A program made the translations under genes and the position numbers. Source: Bacteriovoracaceae bacterium (GTDB lineage: Bacteria; Bdellovibrionota; Bacteriovoracia; Bacteriovoracales; Bacteriovoracaceae). From it: DNA of 64,000 bases. The stretch covers positions 1,006-65,005 of the forward strand of contig JAFMBV010000010.1 of NCBI GenBank assembly GCA_017858255.1. Direction: 5' to 3'. A model generated the notes under the pieces. It ran no database searches. It was not told the origin of the DNA and was given only the letters and a program-made list of their open reading frames with translations. Below are positions 36,344 through 45,069 of this stretch, piece by piece; the stretch's first letter is position 1; the number at the start of each line of letters is the position of its first letter.

Positions 36344-37744
36344 ATGAAAAAAAATTCTGAAAAATCACAATTAAAAAACTTACCTTCCCATCTTCCTGTT
36401 CTTATTGTTGGCGGTGGCATTGCAGGAGCTGGAGTCTTTAGAGACTTATCACTCCATAATATTCCTTGCGCTCTTATTGATAAGAAAGACTTTACGTCAC
36501 AAACCAGTCAATCAAGTTCAAAAATGCTCCATGGGGGTATTCGTTATTTAGAAAACATGGATTTTGCTCTCGTCTGGGAAGCCCTTCATGAGAAAAATCT
36601 TTGGCTAAAGCTGACGCCTCATCTTGCCTATCCAGAAAAGTTTTATCTACCTGTTTATAAAAGTAGTTTGCGTCCCCTATGGATGGTTCGAATTGGCCTC
36701 TTCTTATACGATGCTCTTTCAAGCTTTCAAAATCTCCCTCACGAAGTTGCTTCCGTTAAAGAAACACTAGAAAGATTTCCTACTTTAAAAAAAGAAGGTC
36801 TAACAGGGGCAGGTGTTTACTCTGACGCTGTTGTTGAAGACGCAAAGCTTACCCTTGAATGTATTTATGATGGACTCGTAAGCAAAAACTCATATGCTTG
36901 TAATCACACTTCCTTTACCAATTGTGTAAAAGAGGGTGATATTTATCGTGTATTTATTAAAGATGAACTCTCAGGGCTTGAAAGAGAAATTACCTGTGAC
37001 CATCTGGTTTTTACAACTGGCCCCTTCACTGATGTCCTTTTAAAAGGTCTTGATCTTTTTCCATGGATTCCAAAACTTATGCTAAGTCGAGGCTCTCATC
37101 TATGGTTTCAAAATGACATGCTTAAGGCCAAAGGGCCGATGGTTCTAACACCAAAAGATGGCCGTGTCATATTTGTCATTCCTCAAAATGAAAAGACCCT
37201 TGTGGGTACGACAGAAGTTCCTGGCGAACCTAATTTTGATCAAATGCCCTCTGATGAGGAAGTCACCTATCTTCTTAACAACTTAAAAGACTTCTTCCCT
37301 AATGCTGATATTTCAGAAGAATATATTTTGGGTAAATTTGCAGGAGTCAGACCATTAGTAAAAGAGGACCCTAATGCCACGCTTGGAAAAGTCGCAAGAG
37401 ACCACAAAGTTTATCAACCAGAATCCAATATTTTTATTCTCTTAGGTGGCAAATACACAACGTTTAGGATTATGGCGAAAGATGTAGTAAAACCCCTAGT
37501 CCATAAAATGAAGTTACCCTACCGAGATGACTTATCACTACAACCTCTTAGAAGAGTGAGTCATGTAATACCTTGGCATGAAATCAAACTCACAAAAGAA
37601 CTCATTCAAAGCATCATAGAAGACGAGTTCCCCAAAACTGAAGAAGACCTCATCTATCGAAGAATGGGCCTAAACAGTGAACAGGAGTATTTAGATATGA
37701 AAAATCAATTAAAAACTTTAAATATAACGTGGCCTTGGTCATGA
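36344..37744 (+). CDS. glpD: FAD-dependent glycerol-3-phosphate dehydrogenase-like oxidoreductase
   Basis: 'VLIVGGGIAGAGVFRDLS...DFTSQTSQSSSKMLHGGIRYLE' matches the GlpD N-terminal dinucleotide-binding signature. Confidence 0.8.
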   Translation: MKKNSEKSQLKNLPSHLPVLIVGGGIAGAGVFRDLSLHNIPCALIDKKDFTSQTSQSSSKMLHGGIRYLENMDFALVWEALHEKNLWLKLTPHLAYPEKFYLPVYKSSLRPLWMVRIGLFLYDALSSFQNLPHEVASVKETLERFPTLKKEGLTGAGVYSDAVVEDAKLTLECIYDGLVSKNSYACNHTSFTNCVKEGDIYRVFIKDELSGLEREITCDHLVFTTGPFTDVLLKGLDLFPWIPKLMLSRGSHLWFQNDMLKAKGPMVLTPKDGRVIFVIPQNEKTLVGTTEVPGEPNFDQMPSDEEVTYLLNNLKDFFPNADISEEYILGKFAGVRPLVKEDPNATLGKVARDHKVYQPESNIFILLGGKYTTFRIMAKDVVKPLVHKMKLPYRDDLSLQPLRRVSHVIPWHEIKLTKELIQSIIEDEFPKTEEDLIYRRMGLNSEQEYLDMKNQLKTLNITWPWS

Positions 37745-38388
37745 AGCTCCTAATCACATTTTTCATTTTACCCCTTTTATTAGCGAGTCCGGCCTTTTCT
37801 CAAGGACAGATATTAAAGGTCATTGGATCGGTTAATATCTCAGGAAAAGTCGCAAAAAGTGGTGACTACTTTAAGCTGTCCCAAACCCTGACGACTGGAC
37901 CAAAATCTTTGGCCTTAGTGCGTTTTGCCTCAGGTAGTACTCTAAAGGTGAATGAAAACTCATCTCTAAAGTTAGAACAAGTTTTAAAAAAGAAAAAGGT
38001 TCGAATATTTAGACTTTTAAAAGGAAGCTCCTTTTTTAAAAAAGATCCTAAGAAAGAAGAGAAGCTCCAAGTTCGTGCAAAGAATGTATCGATGGGAGTA
38101 CGCGGGACAGAATTCTTTGTCTCGTTTGGTAAGGAATCTATTGATGATGTTTATATGTGCGTGCGAAGTGGTAAAGTTATTATAAAAGGTGCAAAGCAAA
38201 AAAAGGTGACACTTGTTAAGGCCGGGGAAGGAGTTGTTGTCCCTAAAGGCCTAGTCTCAAGTAAACCAAGACCATTACCATGGACAAAAGATCTCAATTG
38301 GAGCCTTGACCCAAAGGCAAAAGAACTTGAAAATAAGGCCTCTATTGAAGAAAGTTATCAGGACCCAATTGAGAGAGATTATGACTAA
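37741..38388 (+). CDS. Exported stand-alone FecR-domain protein
   Basis: The ATG at 37741 overlaps the glpD stop (ATGA). Signal peptide 'LLLASPAFS'. 'LVRFASGSTLKVNENS...LLKGSSFF...VRAKNVSMGVRGTEFFV' parallels the protein encoded at 23058-24962. Confidence 0.7.
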   Translation: MKLLITFFILPLLLASPAFSQGQILKVIGSVNISGKVAKSGDYFKLSQTLTTGPKSLALVRFASGSTLKVNENSSLKLEQVLKKKKVRIFRLLKGSSFFKKDPKKEEKLQVRAKNVSMGVRGTEFFVSFGKESIDDVYMCVRSGKVIIKGAKQKKVTLVKAGEGVVVPKGLVSSKPRPLPWTKDLNWSLDPKAKELENKASIEESYQDPIERDYD

Positions 38389-39118
38389 ATCCTTTTTTAT
38401 TGTCCTGGCCTTAACTTTGTCTACTAACATCTTTGCTGTAGTAAAGCCTGTTAATGAAGAGGCAACGAATACATCACTTAGCCTAAATGCCTTCATTAAA
38501 CATTCCAAAAGGTGGACCACAAGCATTCAAGCTCGTCTTCAAGACAATGAAGTCCAGAGCAAAGAGAAGAGTCTACAACTTGGCCTTCGCTACAAACTTG
38601 CTTCAAATTGGAAAATAGGTTTCTTCTTAAAAAGAGAATATGGGCTAAGACATAATGAGGATTGGAAATGGTTAGGCCCAGCAAACTATAAATGGATAGA
38701 CACTGAAGATCGTGGTGAAACGAGCCTGATTCCTTTTGTACAATACAAGGCTCGCTTACCATTTAAAACAGATATGGCCTTTAAGTTTAGGCTCAATTAT
38801 CAGCACAATACTTTTAACGAACAAGAAGACATCCACATAAGGTCTGGATTTATCAATATCCTCTCTCCTGACTTTACCATGATTAACCAGATAAACATCA
38901 TTATACCAACCAATTACTCCCAAAGATTTATCACTTATTATGGATACTATTTCTCTGTGGGTTGGCAAATAAATCGCCATTTAACTCTAGGCCCAGAGGT
39001 AAGGTTTAATCAAAAGTTTTGGAATGAATCAGTGTCTTTTAGGTTAAGAGAAAATGATACCTATGAAGTTAAGCTAAATAACTTCGATTATGGAATTGTT
39101 CTTAATTCTTATTTTTAA
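38381..39118 (+). CDS. Small outer-membrane beta-barrel candidate
   Basis: Start moved to the ATG at 38381, overlapping the FecR gene by 8 nt. Signal peptide 'FFIVLALTLSTNIFA'. Alternating strands. C terminus 'GIVLNSYF'. Confidence 0.55.
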   Translation: MTKSFFIVLALTLSTNIFAVVKPVNEEATNTSLSLNAFIKHSKRWTTSIQARLQDNEVQSKEKSLQLGLRYKLASNWKIGFFLKREYGLRHNEDWKWLGPANYKWIDTEDRGETSLIPFVQYKARLPFKTDMAFKFRLNYQHNTFNEQEDIHIRSGFINILSPDFTMINQINIIIPTNYSQRFITYYGYYFSVGWQINRHLTLGPEVRFNQKFWNESVSFRLRENDTYEVKLNNFDYGIVLNSYF

Positions 39119-40231
39119 TTAAAAGCGATAGCTAATACCTAAAAGTAATCTAGGACCAGACACTATCTTGGTGAAACTATCCGTATCATCAAACTGATAA
39201 CTCTCAGATCTACGATAGAAATCAATCATCGCCCGCGCTCCAAAGCCTTGTCGGGTATAATACTTTATCCCAGTTGCTAAAGACAGAAAGCTGGAACTAC
39301 CATCAAGAGTTTTCGATACCTGCGTACTATTATTACTTAATACATCAACTGTATCCGTTACAGAGCCTACACCTAATGACACCCCCGCAAAGCCAATCAA
39401 ACGATTATAAGAAAGAGCTGGTGCTATATAATGAAAATGAGCGCCTACTCCATATTCAGTTACAGACGTTCTTGTCTGTTGACCTTGAGCAGAGGTAATT
39501 GAATTAGAAGAGTTATGAAAAAGAGCAAAAAAGCTAACTTTAGAGAGAAAACTATTGGGGTTATTAAAGTACTTTTCAAGCCCAAGACTAAAGTCAATAT
39601 TAGCATCTTCACCTATAAAAGAGCCTGCATCCCCTTCGTCCACACTAGAAGAAAGTGAATTAAAGTGAATCAGACCATAGGCCTCTAACGTTTTATCGGG
39701 AGTTAAGCCTGGTCCTTCTACGACGGGAAAACCTGCCATATCAACAGTACCGAGAGAGTCTAGTTCTCGCTTGTCATCATCGTTAAGCCCTACTCCACGT
39801 ACTCTTGCTGGTCGGCCTCGAGAATCTCCTCGAAAAGTCATAACTTCTGTACCGGCCGTCATCGTTGCATTTGAATTATCGTATAAACTTCGACTTGGAT
39901 CTGTAGTCATGTTTAAAGGCTTGGTAATCTTAATATTCACAACACTGTCGGGAATCATTCTATTGTCATTTATTATACGATAAATACTCCAAATACTTCT
40001 CGTGGGAGAAGCTTTAACAACAGTCCCTCTAGCAATTACACCTGTAGTAAGAAAAAACTTAGCATGATCCCCCACCACAATTCCGTCCTCAAGCCCACGG
40101 TTTAAGAGAACTGTTTTCTTTGTACGAGATATTTTTAAAAAGCGAGTTGTCAGCTTTTCATCTAACTCTAATGCCAATGTAGAGCTAAGTCCGTAAATCG
40201 TAAGAATTAGTAATGAAAAAACTAATTTCAT
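39119..40231 (-). CDS. Outer-membrane beta-barrel candidate with an N-terminal soluble domain (paralogue of the next gene)
   Basis: Signal peptide. N-domain 'KTVLLNRGLEDGIVVGDHAKFF...ARGTVVKASPTRSIWSIYRI'. C terminus 'RLLLGISYRF'. Confidence 0.6.
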   Translation of the reverse strand: MKLVFSLLILTIYGLSSTLALELDEKLTTRFLKISRTKKTVLLNRGLEDGIVVGDHAKFFLTTGVIARGTVVKASPTRSIWSIYRIINDNRMIPDSVVNIKITKPLNMTTDPSRSLYDNSNATMTAGTEVMTFRGDSRGRPARVRGVGLNDDDKRELDSLGTVDMAGFPVVEGPGLTPDKTLEAYGLIHFNSLSSSVDEGDAGSFIGEDANIDFSLGLEKYFNNPNSFLSKVSFFALFHNSSNSITSAQGQQTRTSVTEYGVGAHFHYIAPALSYNRLIGFAGVSLGVGSVTDTVDVLSNNSTQVSKTLDGSSSFLSLATGIKYYTRQGFGARAMIDFYRRSESYQFDDTDSFTKIVSGPRLLLGISYRF

Positions 40232-40243
40232 TTTTCTTCCCTT

Positions 40244-41803
40244 TTAAAAATAAACATTAAATCCAACACTAAAGCGTGTCTGATTACTGCTAATGACAGG
40301 CTCAATATTGTCGATAATTGTATCTGTTACGTTGTATCTCATAGCTTCGTATTTCAATTGAAAATTAACTCCATAACCAATTTTTAAATTAGCATCCTTT
40401 TCATCGCCTGCTTTAAAGCGATACTTCATCCCAAAGTGCATTGAGGGAAAAGCTGTTTGCTGAACGGTGTAAACAGTATCAAACTCTGCACTCTCCAAAC
40501 TGCCATTTCCTCTTTTAAGACCGATACCAACATAAGGCATATAACTATGAAGAGAGTAAGGCACTCGTAAGAAGTACCAATTTAAGTAACCCTTAAGTGA
40601 GCCTTCTGAGATACGACCGTTAACTCCCCCACCAATATCATAATGAGAAATCCCTCTTTCTAACTCAAACTCAACCGTAAAGTTTTTAAAAAAGCGAGAG
40701 GTTCCGACCAAATGCCATTCATATGAGAAGGCCAACGCATAATCGGTCCCTTGGTAGTTAGCGTCTTCCGCCGTTGTATTCGTCGTTAAGTTAGAGATGT
40801 ATTTTAAAGTAAACTCATGACCGGCCTTTTCACTGAGCGCCCGTTTTTGTCTTTCGTATTCTTCAGCGATTCCAGAATCTATAAGGTAGGCCCTAAGCTG
40901 CTTGTCGGACATATCTTGAGACCAACGAGGTCCCTCTCTACGGATACGAGCAACCGTAGAAGGCGAGATTTTCCTACGCTTTTCATCTTCAATCATCGCC
41001 TTTTCACGTGAGTTTAAGGTATCCATGGAAATTTTTGTATTTGTACCAGGGTCTCTCATCTGAGATTTATAAAGAGTTTTTAATCCATATTTTAAATCAT
41101 TAAACTTACCTACTGAGTTTTCTGCTGTTGAATCAAAAGTATTATCCATCGCCTTTTTCTCAATAGACTCGATCAATGCATCATCGCCACCATCAAAAGG
41201 CACCATTCGCCCTTCGGCAATTTGATCAAATTCATCGTCATATTCTTCACCCATATCAATATAGGGTGTGTTTCGAGTCACCTCGATATTTTGATTTTTT
41301 AAGGTCTTGGTGGACTTGTCTTTACCACCTTTGAAAAAATCATCTTCTTCAAAGATTAGATCCACAGGTACACCTTTATCTTCTGATACTTGATAGTATT
41401 TCTGATCCTCGGCCCGACCCTGAACTCTTAAAGTTCTCTTTGTGACAAAAGGTCGCCTAGGATCCTTCGCCTGCCTCACCATGACCAATTTCTTTTTCTT
41501 TTTAATATTTTGGAAGTTTTTAATTTTCCTTAGGAACCAATAGCTAATCGTGTTCTTAACTTTTATCGCCTCGCCCTCACCTACATAGATGAACTTGGGA
41601 TAATCAATACCATCATCTAAATTTTTGATATAAAGCTTGCCACGATCACCATTTCGAAGCCCCTCGGCATGGCCAAGGTTGAGCAGAATGGACTTTTTTG
41701 AGGAGCTTACTTCTAATACTTCGACCCCTTCCATGGACTGACTCCAAGAAGAAAGGCTCAAAAATAATAAATAAATAGTAGTAAGAATCTTTATTCTTCC
41801 CAC
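40244..41803 (-). CDS. Outer-membrane beta-barrel candidate with an N-terminal soluble domain and a charged linker
   Basis: Signal peptide. N-domain 'KSILLNLGHAEGLRNGDRGKLY...GEAIKVKNTISYWFLRKI'. C terminus 'RFSVGFNVYF'. Confidence 0.6.
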   Translation of the reverse strand: MGRIKILTTIYLLFLSLSSWSQSMEGVEVLEVSSSKKSILLNLGHAEGLRNGDRGKLYIKNLDDGIDYPKFIYVGEGEAIKVKNTISYWFLRKIKNFQNIKKKKKLVMVRQAKDPRRPFVTKRTLRVQGRAEDQKYYQVSEDKGVPVDLIFEEDDFFKGGKDKSTKTLKNQNIEVTRNTPYIDMGEEYDDEFDQIAEGRMVPFDGGDDALIESIEKKAMDNTFDSTAENSVGKFNDLKYGLKTLYKSQMRDPGTNTKISMDTLNSREKAMIEDEKRRKISPSTVARIRREGPRWSQDMSDKQLRAYLIDSGIAEEYERQKRALSEKAGHEFTLKYISNLTTNTTAEDANYQGTDYALAFSYEWHLVGTSRFFKNFTVEFELERGISHYDIGGGVNGRISEGSLKGYLNWYFLRVPYSLHSYMPYVGIGLKRGNGSLESAEFDTVYTVQQTAFPSMHFGMKYRFKAGDEKDANLKIGYGVNFQLKYEAMRYNVTDTIIDNIEPVISSNQTRFSVGFNVYF

Positions 41804-41992
41804 CTAGCCCCTCCATGGTCCGTGCGGGTTTGCCTAAGCAAAGTCTAAAAAAATCAACACATTGAATATGTTAACACACAACAGCTTTGGTCTGGAGCAC
41901 TAGGTTTTACGGGAAAATATTCCTCACCTGAGCCAAACGCTCCGCAACAAAGTCAAATAGCCCATTGAATTATCCTGATAAATCACCTATAA

Positions 41993-42214
41993 ATGGTGAA
42001 AATCATAAGAAAAGAGGACTTTGTGGCCAGAAGAAAGAATATACAAATTTTCCGTTACAACTGCACGATGACTGACGAAGAGTACAAAACGACGGCCAAG
42101 GCCGAAAATCCAGATGACCTCATCTCTATCAGTGCTTATTACGAAATGAATCCTGATAAAGATGACAGGCCAGAGCATATTAAAATAGAGCTCGGTATCA
42201 TCGACGGGGAATAA
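41993..42214 (+). CDS. Possible small protein of unknown function
   Basis: A 73-aa ORF filling an otherwise empty 500-bp gap upstream of trxB. It has no convincing RBS, and an antisense ORF of similar length competes with it. Confidence 0.3.
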   Translation: MVKIIRKEDFVARRKNIQIFRYNCTMTDEEYKTTAKAENPDDLISISAYYEMNPDKDDRPEHIKIELGIIDGE

Positions 42215-42303
42215 AACTTAGTGCTGTGGCCTTTCGGCCATAGTGTTCCTAATTGCCTATTTAAAAAACCCATCGTCTTTAAAAACTAAGAAAGGAAGAA
42301 ACT

Positions 42304-43242
42304 GTGGAAAAAAGAAATGTTATTATTGTTGGTTCTGGACCTGCCGGTTATACAGCTGCCCTTTATGCTTCTCGGGCCAGTCTAAATCCACTAGTTATTG
42401 AAGGACTTGAGCCAGGTGGTCAGCTAACAACGACAACAGATGTTGAAAACTTTCCAGGCTTCCCTGAAGGTGTCATGGGACCTGAACTCATGAGTAAGAT
42501 GAAGGCCCAAGCCGCTCGCTTTGGCACTGAATACTTAAACACATTTGTTAAAGATGTGGACCTTTCAAAGCGTCCTTTTAAAGTTACATGTGAAAATGGC
42601 AATGAGTATCTTGCAGAAACCCTAATCATTTCAACTGGAGCTTCGGCAAAGTACCTAGGCCTTCCTAACGAAATGGAACTTATCGGAAAAGGTGTTAGTG
42701 CGTGTGCAACCTGTGACGGTTTCTTCTACCGTGATAAAGTCATCCACGTTGTAGGCGGTGGAGATACGGCAATGGAAGAGGCAACCTTTCTAACAAAGTT
42801 TGCATCTAAAGTTTATGTTCTTCATAGAAGAGAAACGCTTAGGGCCTCAAAGGCCATGCAAGAGCGTGCTTTTAAAAATGAAAAGATTGAATTCCTTTGG
42901 AACACTCAGGTCGAAGAAATTCTCTTTGACGACACTGGCGTAACAGGTGTTCGCGTAAAAAATAATCAGACTGGTGAAGTAAGCGATAGACCAACTGATG
43001 GCTTTTTCCTCGCCATTGGTCATAAGCCAAACACGGACTTCCTTGGTGGACAAATTAACTTGGATAACCAGGGCTATATCGTCCCTACAAATGCACCTCA
43101 TCCTGATACTAATATTCCCGGTGTTTTTGCCTGTGGTGATGTTCAAGATCATTATTATCGTCAGGCAATTAGTGCTGCGGGTTCAGGCTGTATGGCGGCC
43201 ATTCGAGCCGAAAGATTTATCGAAGACGTTAATGACGTCTAA
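42304..43242 (+). CDS. trxB: Thioredoxin-disulfide reductase
   Basis: GTG start behind AAAGGAAG. 'VIIVGSGPAGYTAALYA', the redox centre 'CATCDG', and 'VVGGGDTAMEEA'. Confidence 0.95.
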   Translation: MEKRNVIIVGSGPAGYTAALYASRASLNPLVIEGLEPGGQLTTTTDVENFPGFPEGVMGPELMSKMKAQAARFGTEYLNTFVKDVDLSKRPFKVTCENGNEYLAETLIISTGASAKYLGLPNEMELIGKGVSACATCDGFFYRDKVIHVVGGGDTAMEEATFLTKFASKVYVLHRRETLRASKAMQERAFKNEKIEFLWNTQVEEILFDDTGVTGVRVKNNQTGEVSDRPTDGFFLAIGHKPNTDFLGGQINLDNQGYIVPTNAPHPDTNIPGVFACGDVQDHYYRQAISAAGSGCMAAIRAERFIEDVNDV

Positions 43243-43283
43243 GATACCGTTCATAATGGGTCATATAGAGAGAGAGTCCCTAC

Positions 43284-44825
43284 ATGGCCATTTTTAAACA
43301 ACTAAAAATTATTGCTCCTCTCATGCTTTCCCGTGCCCTCAAAAAGGATTCAGCACAGAGAAAGCGTGTGAACTCTTTTCTTGTACGGCAAATGGGAGAG
43401 AACAAAGGTCTTTGGCTTAAAGTCGGCCAAATGCTTAGCCTTCACCCCGAGTCCTGGGAAGGACTAGAGGATCTTCCAAAAAGTGAAGAAATTCCATCTA
43501 TAGATCAATCGGAAATCACTCCCTACCTAAAGCAACTTTTTAATTATCATCATTTAGACCTTGAAGATATCTTTCCCGTAATTCATCACCCCGGTCTTGC
43601 CGCCTCCCTATCTCAGGTTCACGAAGTAAATACACCAACTGGCGAAGTGTGGATGCTTAAAGCAAAGCTACCTGGAATAAAAGACGTCATCGAAGATCAA
43701 CTAAGTATTTTTGGACTCCTTCAAAAAGCAGAAGGGTTTCAATCAGAGAAGAGATCATTCTCTACTGATGCCTACCAAAAAACCATGACCAATAGCTTTG
43801 CCAATGAACTGGATTATGAACAAGAGCGCCAAAACCTCAATAAGATGAAAAATATTGAAGAGCGCTTTGCCTTGGCCCATGTACCTAAACTTCATCCCAC
43901 GATCCAAGGAGATGACTTTATTGTTATGGAAAAACTAACTGGGGATTCATGGTCATTTGTCCTAGAAAAATATTCATTGAAAGAAAAAGAGTTACTCGCA
44001 CGCGAATTGGTTAGACAGGTTCTTTATCAATATTTTTGTCGTGGTCACTGCCAGGGAGACTTTCATCCGGGCAATTTCTTTTTTAACAGAACCCAAGAAG
44101 GTGTAAAAGTTGGTTGGATCGATTTAGGACAATGTCTTCATCCAACAACCATTGAAAGAAGGGCAATTTTTTTTGCTATCGATGATCTTATGACTGGAGA
44201 GAATTTAGCTTTAGGTCCCATCTTTGCGGCGTGGAACTTTGACCTTAAAAAACTTGGGCCTATCGCTGAGAGGCTCCCCCTTCTCTTGACCAAACTCTTC
44301 TATCCATTTTTATACCCTCATAAAATGGATCTCAAAACTTGGCACTTAAAAAAAGATATTGATGAGATATTAGGCGAAGATCGTTGGTGGTTCAGAACAG
44401 CAGGAAGTCCAGACTTGTTTCTTAGTATTCGTTGTTGGATTGGTTTATTTTCAATGATAGAAGCGCTGAATGTCTCTGTTTTTTATAAAGGACTTTGGTT
44501 AGAGCTAAGAGCAGAAATGCTAGAGCTTATCCCTAATGTTGAACTCCCAAAAATGAATCTAAAAAATGTTTCTTTTAATGATATGGCCAAGCACCTCCAT
44601 GTAAAGGTCTTTGAGAATGGGAATGAAAAAGTAGCAGTTCAACTACCGGCGAGAGCGATTACAGATGTATCAGATTTTATTTCAAATGAAACTCAAGCCG
44701 AAATGAAGAGAGTTGGAATTAATCTTGATGACTTAGTAAAGAAACATCTAAAAAGTGGTCTCATTCCAGGTACCGTTGTTGATTTTAGCGAAGGTGAGAA
44801 ACGCTACCTCGTTACCTTGAATTAA
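43284..44825 (+). CDS. ABC1/UbiB-family atypical kinase
   Basis: 'PGLAASLSQVHEV...WMLKAKLPGIKDVIEDQL' and 'GDFHPGNFFF' match the ABC1/AarF kinase-like motifs. Confidence 0.8.
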   Translation: MAIFKQLKIIAPLMLSRALKKDSAQRKRVNSFLVRQMGENKGLWLKVGQMLSLHPESWEGLEDLPKSEEIPSIDQSEITPYLKQLFNYHHLDLEDIFPVIHHPGLAASLSQVHEVNTPTGEVWMLKAKLPGIKDVIEDQLSIFGLLQKAEGFQSEKRSFSTDAYQKTMTNSFANELDYEQERQNLNKMKNIEERFALAHVPKLHPTIQGDDFIVMEKLTGDSWSFVLEKYSLKEKELLARELVRQVLYQYFCRGHCQGDFHPGNFFFNRTQEGVKVGWIDLGQCLHPTTIERRAIFFAIDDLMTGENLALGPIFAAWNFDLKKLGPIAERLPLLLTKLFYPFLYPHKMDLKTWHLKKDIDEILGEDRWWFRTAGSPDLFLSIRCWIGLFSMIEALNVSVFYKGLWLELRAEMLELIPNVELPKMNLKNVSFNDMAKHLHVKVFENGNEKVAVQLPARAITDVSDFISNETQAEMKRVGINLDDLVKKHLKSGLIPGTVVDFSEGEKRYLVTLN

Positions 44826-45069
44826 GCTTATAGTCACCCATTCGGTACTTTTTGCCCCTACAGCTTGCCCCTACTCCCCCCATTCTTTCCTATTTTACCA
44901 ACTAACTTCATCAACTAAAGACTCACTTTTTGACAGAAAGATTTCCACTTGAAACAATCATTAAAGCGAAAGCAAAGGAATGCTTTTGTAAGCGGCGAAG
45001 AGCTTAAAACCTATGGATTGATAGGACCAAGTTTAGAGAAGACTGCATGACAAGACCAAGGAAGGTAAA

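Noticed and set aside
41987-42178. 63-aa minus-strand ORF competing with the 41993-42214 plus-strand ORF.
   Set aside because: Neither has a good RBS. I kept only the plus-strand ORF, at low confidence, because it is co-oriented with trxB and has a more protein-like composition.
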